From Amoebophrya sp. A120 (Eukaryota > Protista > Dinoflagellata): a stretch of 64,000 nucleotides of DNA. The stretch is taken from contig CAJINV010000002.1 of assembly GCA_905178155.1 (NCBI GenBank), positions 8,637,224 to 8,701,223 of the forward strand, read 5' to 3'. A program made the position numbers and the translations under genes. The notes beneath the pieces were generated by a model. That model had not been told where the DNA came from. It made no database searches and saw only the letters and a list, made by a program, of their open reading frames with translations. Numbering within the stretch: the stretch's first letter is position 1; every line of letters starts with the position of its first letter. Shown here piece by piece: positions 55,101-64,000 of the stretch.

Positions 55101-58100
55101 TCGACTTTAGTGACTTTCACGATGGGGAACTCGTCCCAGTTCACGTTGAACTGAAACGCTTCGAAAAACCGGTCCTCCGGCTTCTTCTTCGATTTCGGAT
55201 CGAACACGCTCGCATCGTCCACCGGCGTCTGCTCCCAGCCGAACAGCCCGACCGCTTTCAGGTCGGAGGACGCGAAGAGAAAGCTCGGGAGAAACTGGGG
55301 TGGCTTGGCCGCCTTGCGCTTCCCACTTTTCGCAACCGCAAAAGGGTCCGCGTCCGTCGGCCGGACCAGCGTCACCTTGGGACCGGCGTCGGGCGTGTAC
55401 AGAACCTTATCCTTCAGCTGAATCACAGGCGGCGAAAAGGATTCCGCGGCAGCACCCCCCGCCCCTGCGGCTCCCGGAATCGCAAGAGAAACCGGCCCGG
55501 CATTGGTTTTGTCTTTCAGCAACGAAGTATCCCCCACGTGCACGATCGGAATCTTAAACGGATCGTCGTCGTCCATGTTTACTCGGTGCGTGAATCTTGG
55601 CGGCCCCTTTTCACTTTTCGTCGGCAGCGCCAGCATGCTCTTGCCCCCGCCCGGTTTCATGGCGGCCACCCAAGCGGGGGGCAGTTTCCGGGTAACGTCA
55701 ATCTCCATTTTCCGCATTTTCTCCGGGATCTTCCCCCCGACCCGGCGCACCAACAGCTCGATGGGCCGCTTCGAGGCGTCTTTCCCGTTGGTGATCAGAA
55801 CGTCCTGCGCGATGTTCGCGTACTTCTCTTTCGCCACAAACTTGTCGTTCACGATCAGCAACCGGTCTCCCTTCTGCAGGAACATCGCACTCGCCCAGCT
55901 GTTTTTCTCGATCACGTCAATCTCGCTGAAAACGCCAGCAGCGGGGTCGTTTCGGAAGGAAACGAACCCCGTCCCCTCGCCGTAATGTTCCACGTCCTTC
56001 GCACCGTTGATCTGGCCCTGCCAGTATTCATTCTCCGCGAGTTTCCCGTTCAAAAAGACAAACGACCCGATCTTTGATTTCTGTTTCTTGTACTGTCCGC
56101 CGATGTAGGCCAGAATCGCGTCGTGCGGGTCGACGCCCTTCAGCTTGACCACCATGGAGATCCGCTCTCCCACGAAGCAAATAAGCCAATCGCCGACGTC
56201 CACGTTGTATCGCCTCGGGAAGCAGTTCGGGTCTTCGCTGATCTTCTTCACCTTGACCACCGGAAAGTCCGTCCAGTCACAGCAAAAGCCGAACGCAGAC
56301 AGGAACCGGTCCTCCGGCTTGGTGGTTTTGGGGTCTGCCGGCTGGTCGAACACAGTTGGGTCGTTGATGGCACTTGGCGTCAGCTCCCACCCCACCACAC
56401 CGACGGCCTTCAGATCCGAGGTCGAAATCAGCAGCGACGGCAAAAACGGAGGGTCTTTCGCGGCTTTGCGCTTCCCCTTTTCACTGGTAGTGAATAAGTC
56501 GCCGTCGCTGGGCTTCACCAGAAACGTCTTTGGCCCGCTCTCGGGTGTGATCAGAAGTTTTGGCACCGGCGGCGGTGAGGGTGGGGCATCTTCCTCAGCT
56601 GTGGCCCCGCCAGGAGCTTTGCTTTTAGCGGGCGATGGCGTTCCTTTCGCGGTACTAGCCTTAGCTCTTTCCTTCGCCGTCGCAGGAGTCGCTGGTGCGG
56701 CTTTCTTCGCCGCTTTTGCTTTTGGCGCAGCAGCCCCTGCGGCGGCTGCTGGTGGTGGGACCTTGGCTGCGGACTTGCTCTGACTTTTTGCAGCTGCAGG
56801 TGGGGAAATGGTCACAGCTGCTTCTGCTGGTTTTGCCTTCGCCGGCGAGGGCGCAGGTGCTGGTGGTGGGGCTGCAGGCTTTACATCAACAACAGCGGGC
56901 ATAGAAGGAGGTTTCTCTTTTACCTCGACAGTACGCGTCGCCTCTTGCACAGGAGGCGGAGGAGATTTTGCCGCCTCTTTCTCACCTCCTCCATCCCCAC
57001 CTCTGCTGCCCTCTACTCCGCGCAGTGATTGCAGCCAAGCATTCCACTTGCCCGGGAAGTCTCGTTTTGTGTCGACTGCAAACTGCAAACTTGCATCGGC
57101 AAACGCTTCTTCTCTCTTCACCAGAATGTGCAACGGCTGCGCACAGCTTGCGGTTCTCAGTTTATCGTCGATTTTTGCCGGATCCTTCTCGCGCAGCGCG
57201 TCGTGGGCAACTACGATGCGGTCATCCTTGCGCAACCCTATTTGCCCCGCAGTCGACCCCGGCTCCACACGATTTACCACTTTGCCGTTCTCAACTTTCC
57301 AACCAAAGGCCTCCTGGTCAGGCTCCGTCAGTTCCAGCTGCAGATAGAACTTTTCGTATTTTGCCCGTAGAAACAGAAACCCCGCGACCGGGTTGTCTTT
57401 GCGATTGAATTTCCGCTTGATTTTTTCCACGATCGCATCGTCCGGGTTTTCCCCGCCGTTCTCCTGCTCTGCCGCGTTTTGCAGCACTGTGATCCGCTCC
57501 GTCAACGTTCCCACCATCAGCATGATATCGTCCACCTTCACGTTGTTTTTCACCGTGCGCGCCTCCGGGTCCGCGTCATTGACCTTCGAGACACGGACCA
57601 CCGGGTAGTCCCTCCAATTCAACTCCATGCCGAAGAGCTTCCAGATTTTTTCTTTTGGCGTCAGGGAACTATCCGTCAGGCAATCGCCGTCGATACTGCT
57701 CTGCCGCCAGCCGGTTAGCCCGTAGGACTTCAAATCCTTGCAGAGTCCGAGCAACTGTTGCAGGTACGGAGGTGGCGAGGCATTATTTGCTGTGTTTTTT
57801 CTGTTCTGCCCCCGTGCGATGATGCCAGTCAGTGTCGCCGTGCCCAGCGAGCCCGCACCGTGTTGCTCCCGCGCCTCCGCAGCAGCGACAGACAACCCCG
57901 TCAACGACTGGGAGCCCGTGCGTCCTACCGCTTCACTCTTCCCGGCCGCCGTTCCCAATTCGAGCGAGCCCGGCATCGTGGTGGTGCCCGCTGACGGAAC
58001 ACTCCCGCTGCCGTCGACCTTGGTCAGTGACTGGGTTCCATCATTTCCGAACGGCGACGGCCGCGAGACGTCGACCTCTTCGGCGAACGTCAGATCCGTG

Positions 58101-61100
58101 TGATTCCCCGACTCCCGCTTCACGAGAATGTGAAGTTTGAAATTGTCGTTTTGCCGGCTCTCCAAAAACTTCTGCACCAACTTCTGGATCTCCGCGGCGT
58201 TTTTTTCGCGAATGAACGACTCGTTAGTCTCGAAATCGTGCGCCACCACGATGCGGTCTTCCTTCTGCAAACCGAATCTATTCGCCGCCAGGCCGCCCGG
58301 ATCGATACTGACAATTTTCGCCGCTTCCGTCTCCATTTTTAGCACGTCGGCACCCGTAGAGCTGGCATCAGAAATCAGTTTAGCGCCGCAGAGTTCCAGC
58401 TGACAGTACCGCTTCTCGTACTTGGCGCGCAGAAACGCAAACCCCGCCACCGGGTTGTCCTTCCGGGCCGCGCGACTTTGCACCTTCTTCAGAATCACCT
58501 CTTCGAACGACTTACAGTGTCTGTAGTCCGGCGCGGTGACCCAGGACCCGATCGATGTGACGCGGTCCTTCAGCGTGACACAGGCAATCATTACATCGTT
58601 GACGCACACGTTGTTCTTCGCCGCGCGCGACGGCTGCCCGTCCCCAGTCTCGCGGTCGACCTGGAGGACACGCACTACCGGGTAGTGACTCCAATCTAGC
58701 TCGATCGCGAACAGCTTGCGGAATTTCTCCTTGGGGTCAAGACTCGCATCGCTCAACAGCTCTTTGTCGATGCTCGACTGCGCCCAGCCGGTGACGCCGG
58801 CGCTTGAAAGGTCCTTGAAGAACGAGAGCAGCTGCTTCAAATACGGCGTGGCGGAGGAGCTGGCTCCTGGCGGGGCGAAGAGGAAAACTGATGAAGAAGA
58901 AGGGTTCTTGCGGTGGATCTTAAAAGTTGTAGGAGGGTCGTCATGTGATGTGGAACCTTGATTGTCTTTCTCTTTGTCGTCCGGAATACAGAGCGTCGTT
59001 GATGCCCTTGGCTCCACACTAGCGACTAGTTCGTCCAGGTCGACCCCACGATGAAGGTCCGCGAAAACAATTTCGTCCATCCGCGGTACCGAGCAGTTAG
59101 ACATCAGGGGAAGTAGAGCGGCATTTCCATCGAACTCGTCATGAACTTCTTCCCTCGCAGCCTCGAGTTCCGCTAGAAAGTCGTCCCCGCCTCCGGATAA
59201 CAGTTCTTCGGAGTCAACAACTTCTTCTGCCTCACTTGTGTGGCCGAAAAAGGCGTCCTGATCCTCCTCCAGGTCGTCGGCCGAGCTCGACGTTGTATTT
59301 GCTAGTACGTCAGGACCGATAAAACTTGGACTACTACTGGTACTGCTTCGCGTGTCGTGGCTCCTAGCACTACTTCCCTCATCATCGCTTATGATCCCGT
59401 GATCATCTTGCTCTGGATAAAACAGCAAAGGACCGCCCGCTGCTCGCCCACTAGCGCCGTCAAGGGGGACCTGTTGATCGCTTGCACTTGCAGCAGCCAC
59501 CCGGCCACCAAACTGCGCCCAACCTTTTCTGTTCTTTTTTCCAGCCTCGTCCGCTTTTGCTGCTTCTGGCAGATATTGGTAGTTACCACGGGGATCATCC
59601 ATGATCTCGTGTTGCTCCACTACTCCCCCACCCTGCTTGCTTTTCCTTTCGTCTTCCAGCAACATCAGTTCGATCTCGTCCTCTAGCTCCTGTTCGAGCA
59701 GTTCGTGTTCCTTCCGCACCTCCGTCATTTCCTCCGCCTTCATAGCAAAGTATCCTGTGCAAAGTATCGCACTCGTAGTAATTGCAGTCATGCACTACAA
59801 ATCTCGTTCCCAAGGCAAATCAGCACGGCAAATTGCATTTGCCATGCTGAGGAAATTTGTAATCCAACTCATACTATTACGATGCAGCTTTTGCAGTTCA
59901 TACAAAGTTTTTCGCTACGATTTTGGTCAACCCCGCAAAGCTCCCCCGCATGGCGGCCGCGTGCTCCTTCACCTCGCGGCTCGCTTCCGCGTTCTGCACC
60001 GCGCGGTGGTGCAAGACCGTTGTCAGACCGTGGAACTGCTCCCGCATCGCCTGCTTGTGCTTCGCCTCGTTTTCCACCCGCAGCTGCTCCTGCCGCTTCC
60101 GCTCCTCCTCCGCCGCCCGCGTGTGCAGGCTCACCTTGTGCGCCAGGATGGTCGCCAGCCCCTTGGACAGCGTTTTGGTGCCCGTGGACGGCAAAGTCGC
60201 CTGGCGCACCTTGTGCGCCATGATTTTCGCCAGAATGTTCAGCGACTTCGTGCCCGTCGAGGGCTTAGTGCGCGTTTTCACCTTGTGCGCCAGTATGGTG
60301 GCAATGCCCGTCCAGTCGTTCGAGGCTGTGGAGAGATGCTTATGTAACTCGTCGTCCTCCTCCGTGATGTGGTGTAAGTGTTTCAAGTAAAAATGGAACT
60401 CCGCGGGCCCTAACTCGAAGAAAGCGTTGAAGAAGTGCCGCACGTCCTTTGCAAGGGTGTGCCGCAACTCGTTCGGACGAGTTTTTGATGAAGTAGTAGA
60501 TCCTGCGCCGTCAACGGTGGAGGACTTGTTTTCTTCTTCATCCAGCAGGAGGAGTCCCGCGAGCTTCTTCTCCAGATCGGCATGAAAGTCGCCCAGACGT
60601 TCCACAGCGACCTGCAGGGGCACATCCTGCAGACGAATCGCCGAAGACGACGAGCCTGCTTTACCAGGCGGCCCCGGAGCACTTGTTCCTACGGCTGCTC
60701 TTCTTGCATGCGGCCAACCTTTTGGGCTCGGGGAATAGGACTCTGGAAAGAACAAAACGCCACCAGAAGTGATGCGATCGGATAGTTCAGACTCTTCGGC
60801 GGGTCGTAGTTGCAACGCGTTGGAACTACGTGATATTCCGAGAGCGGACGGAGATATAATTCGGTGCTCATCGAAATCGCCGACGTTATTTTCCGGCAGG
60901 GACGATAGGAACATTGACTCGTCAGGAGAGTGTGAGTGTCCTCCGGGCGAGCGCTTCAAGTAGGTCGTGGTATCTGGGCGATTGGCCGCCGCCTCCTGCT
61001 TCAGCCGGTTTATTTTCCGTACTGGCGTCGCGTAGGCCGTCGAACTGGGAGCAACACCTGGAGTGGTTTGTTCTCTCGAATTCCGTCTTCTCGGCGGCGA

Positions 61101-61298
61101 GAAGCGGTCGTGGCTTTCGATATGCTTCCTGTCGTGTCGTGAGGCCGCACTACGGGTTGTAAACGGCACACCATGTGTAGCTGTCGTAGTTGCTCTTTCC
61201 TGTCTTTCCCGTAAGGTCTGCACTGTCATGTTCCCCCGAGCGTGCGGTGGCATCGCCGGAGTCGTTCGGCCGCGGCGCGGGGGCGTGAAGTGCTGCAT
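46142..61298 (-). CDS. Giant ~4999-aa scaffold protein with six tandem double-PDZ-like modules, V/T/E-rich SPR-motif region and His-rich C-terminus. Exons 61298-59904 and 59746-46142
   Basis: ORFs 59898-61298 and 46142-59791 join in frame (KIVAKNF|AMKAEE) after removing a 157-nt introner. PDZ-like signatures GLNVGDWLLVVCGE, IEANSWAENMGLRVGDKLIIVNDKFV, VEPGSTAGQIGLRKDDRIVV. Confidence 0.85.
51925..56560 (-). repeat. Four intragenic ~1.0-kb coding repeats (~340 aa each)
   Basis: Units at ~56560-55530, 55410-54390, 54180-53160 and 52960-51925, each ending PTKSEKGPPRFTHRVNMDDDDPFK(I/V)P..HVGD. Two more divergent units at ~58860-58060 and ~57770-57050. Confidence 0.9.
59751..59902. mobile_element. 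Inverted-repeat introner (non-canonical hairpin intron), 152 nt, 5-nt target-site duplication
   Basis: Flanked by caaag at 59746-59750 and 59903-59907. Ends tatcctgtgcaaa / ttttgcagttcata; imperfect full-length foldback with central tcagcacggcaaat-tgc-atttgccatgctga. Removing 157 nt restores the frame. Confidence 0.85.
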
Positions 61299-62155
61299 GG
61301 TGGTGTCCGATGAAGCGATGAAAACTTGTTCTTGGCTTCAACACAACCTGATTGAAGTGAGCAGTAGCAAGCGTTGGTGGCACATCTTTAGTCGCTGCCG
61401 CGGCGGCAAGAGGAGTAAAACAACGGCAGCTGCATACGCACACCAGAAATTGACACGACCTAAACGGCCTACTTCTACACGTATGTATTTATTTCCTGAA
61501 GGTGCTGGCTCCGAAAAGGCAAATTTTGGAACGACTATCAAGCCCAAGTACTTACCCCAAGCCCACGCGTGTACGACAATTTTGATCATCAATTTGATTT
61601 TCACGGATACCACTTCAAATACGAATGAAGACGATGTTGACATACGACATGCGATACTGGCAGTGAAAACGTCCACGAGCTGACGATCTTTGGTTCACGA
61701 TCCTTCGAAGGAGGTTGTTGTTCACCGTGACGTTTATAGCGATCAGATGGCGCATCACAGGTGCACGAGAAAACACGACAGGTGGCTGCGATTACCAGAG
61801 AACATTCATAGCGCCGATTGTTGCATTTCTCCGATGACAGAGACAGACTCAGAAAGACCGGATAGATTTTTCCATCAGTAAAACTAAAAGCGAACACCAG
61901 TCACACACTGTCACATATCAAGTCGCGACCGCCCTTTCCGACAGGCTTCTGCATCAGCGTGCGTTGCGCTAGTACCACTGCGCGTTGCAGACCTAGATCT
62001 TCAGGAGCATGTACATGATAGAAAGATGCATGTGCGTGATGTCGCGTCGTCGTAACCGTATATTTTGTGCTACTTCCCGAAAAAGCAGGACCGCCAAAAA
62101 CAAAGTGATAAAAAGTAGTTGTAGTGATGCCGCCAGGGCGAAATGAAGATTCCAC

Positions 62156-63226
62156 TCAACCTACATTCATCATTTTCGCTACTACGGCCTCTTTCAACGC
62201 TTCTCGCATCAGGCATTGGTACTCGTGCACGTCGGCTCGTGCCAGATCAAGCAGGTTGGGGAGCGTTGATATCCTCTTCTCGGAAGAAGTGTTTACTGCG
62301 AGGACATTTTTACTCTGCTGATGCTCTAGAAAGGCAACAGAGCCGGCCACTTCCGCATACAGGATGCTGCCACCACTTGAACTTGTTCGCGTCATATGCT
62401 TGTTCGAACGGTTTTCAGCTGCGCCAGAACCGCTCGTAGATGCCTTCGGTGTAGTAGTCAACATATCCTTCTCGAGCTGCTGGGTACTACAAGCACTTGA
62501 CGTTGCATTTCCACTTGCCTCGGCAACATCAAGGCCTTCTTCTGCATCACTGCAGCGAGATGAAAACCTCACCGCCAAGGCACAGGCCGACATCCCCACC
62601 AGACCCCGCAACTTTACGCCAGCGTCGGCAAGCGCGAGGCAGGCGGCCATCGTCGCAGCTGAGGCTGTCAAGGACAAGGGATTCGGGTTTGCTGTTCTGG
62701 CTACAAGTGCTTCTCCCGGAGAACAATCAGTAGACGAAGTAGCACTACATGATGGACCGCTGCTTCCGGAAATTTTTGTAGTGGAGCCTTTACTTGTGTA
62801 AAAACCGCTCGTCCCGCTGCCTTGCTGCAACACGACGATATCCAGCATAATGGAGCCGGAGACTTGCTCGCTTTCCGGGCTTTCCAAAGTCTGCAACAAA
62901 ACGGATTCCACAGTTTGCTTCAGCCGGTCGATCCACTGGCGCCGGTGCTTCGGCTTACTGGTTTGTTGGTGTAGTTCCTGGGTAGTGGAACTTAGAGCAC
63001 CAGAGGCAGCAGTCGTTGAGCCAGTTGCGTCGAAAAAGCCGCGCACGTTCAGATCCAGCACGCCGCGACGATCCCGCCGTCCGCGGTGCAGCACGAGAAT
63101 CTTTTCGTGTTCCAGCTCGACGTACCCGGACCCGAAACACGGCATACCACCGTCGGCGCCCGGGTGGCAAGAGGCGCGAAAAAGCGCATGTGGTCGCGGT
63201 GGTCGTGTTGGAGTTGTAGTAGCCAT
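62156..63226 (-). CDS. Exosome complex RNase PH-like subunit (RRP41/MTR3 family), divergent
   Basis: GSGYVELEHEKILV, LKQTVESVLL, IMLDIVVLQQGSG, AATMAACLALADAGVKLRGLV and the terminal helix LLDLARADVHEYQCLMREAL follow the RNase PH fold pattern. Paralogue identity not resolvable by eye. Confidence 0.8.
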   Translation of the reverse strand: MATTTPTRPPRPHALFRASCHPGADGGMPCFGSGYVELEHEKILVLHRGRRDRRGVLDLNVRGFFDATGSTTAASGALSSTTQELHQQTSKPKHRRQWIDRLKQTVESVLLQTLESPESEQVSGSIMLDIVVLQQGSGTSGFYTSKGSTTKISGSSGPSCSATSSTDCSPGEALVARTANPNPLSLTASAATMAACLALADAGVKLRGLVGMSACALAVRFSSRCSDAEEGLDVAEASGNATSSACSTQQLEKDMLTTTPKASTSGSGAAENRSNKHMTRTSSSGGSILYAEVAGSVAFLEHQQSKNVLAVNTSSEKRISTLPNLLDLARADVHEYQCLMREALKEAVVAKMMNVG

Positions 63227-64000
63227 TCTTTCACTTTTTGGAACGCTACTTGTTCACTGCTGGTCCTCAGGCTCGTCCAGCTCTAGATGATAAATTGAAA
63301 TGCTTTCATCAAAATGAAAAAACACTACCGGTTATGCGTCAAATAACCCTTCAAATATTTTTCTACCTCGCGTAGCAGGCTGGATGTGGTTCTCCTGGGT
63401 GTTCGTTGTTATAGTCGCGATATGGCGCTACAGCTACGTGTATGATCGTTCATTTTGATGTATCCAGCAAATGGGGATCCACACCCACAATATGGTTTGA
63501 CGTTGATTTCCACAATGATCTTTTTTTCTGGTGAGCAGAATCAATGTGTATGCGTGGATCTCAGGTGAAATTTTCGATCTCGATTAAAACCAAATGAAGA
63601 GCACACGTCAAAGATCAGAACCTTATATCAGTTTCGAGTCGCGGGTATGAGCGCAAATCGTCCACGGAATACACATATTGAACTTGTTTGCCTCGTCCTC
63701 ACAGACCAAACTACCACACATCAAAGATCTTTCACGTACACGATCGGACCTCAATTCAAGAACGCTTCCGAAAGCAGCGCGTTACTCTCTCCTCAGATTC
63801 CGCTTCACTATCTTCATGACAGTTTCACTGTGATGATTGGCTCTTTCTTTTCCCGGCTTAGTTCTTGGAGTTTGCTTCCGTGCTAGTTGATTTACGTATC
63901 GAAAACTGGCTTGAGCTGTAGCAGTTAAAGCTAAACAGTCACACAGTCGTTGGCTATGTAGTATCATCGTCAAATTATTTGTGTTTGTTGTCGTACATGA

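Noticed and set aside
54677-56077. 466-aa plus-strand ORF and many similar antisense ORFs
   Set aside because: Antisense shadows of GC3-rich minus-strand coding sequence.
59755-59903. Canonical GT-AG intron (149 nt) as the main splice form
   Set aside because: Produces a stop after four codons; kept only as a possible minor isoform.

Overview
Eukaryotic (dinoflagellate) nuclear DNA, not prokaryotic. A perfect 22-nt dinoflagellate spliced leader (TCCGTAGCCATTTTGGCTCAAG) lies on the minus strand at 19291-19312. Every credible gene is on the minus strand. Two genes are interrupted by non-canonical, hairpin-forming, MITE-like introns (introners) with TAT...ATA inverted termini and 5-nt direct repeats. 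Together these point to the parasitic syndinian Amoebophrya (inference). Removing the introns joins several ORFs of the supplied track into larger genes: (1) a partial Cys-rich, probably membrane-anchored protein; (2) a ~4387-aa protein with a possible beta-propeller, a LamG/ConA-like domain and CxxC motifs; (3) a small poly-His protein; (4) a ~1700-aa Lys-rich protein combining a DUF3427 (SRA/PUA-like) domain with tandem Agenet/Tudor-like repeats; (5) a 2962-aa protein with a DPW cluster; (6) a poorly resolved multi-exon gene at ~39-42 kb; (7) a Q/N-rich protein; (8) a ~4999-aa protein with six tandem double-PDZ-like modules; (9) an RNase PH-family exosome subunit. The SL copy is followed by GC instead of GT and sits in a ~2-kb gene-free cassette with a GC-rich block. 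Domain calls come from motif recognition by eye, not from searches.
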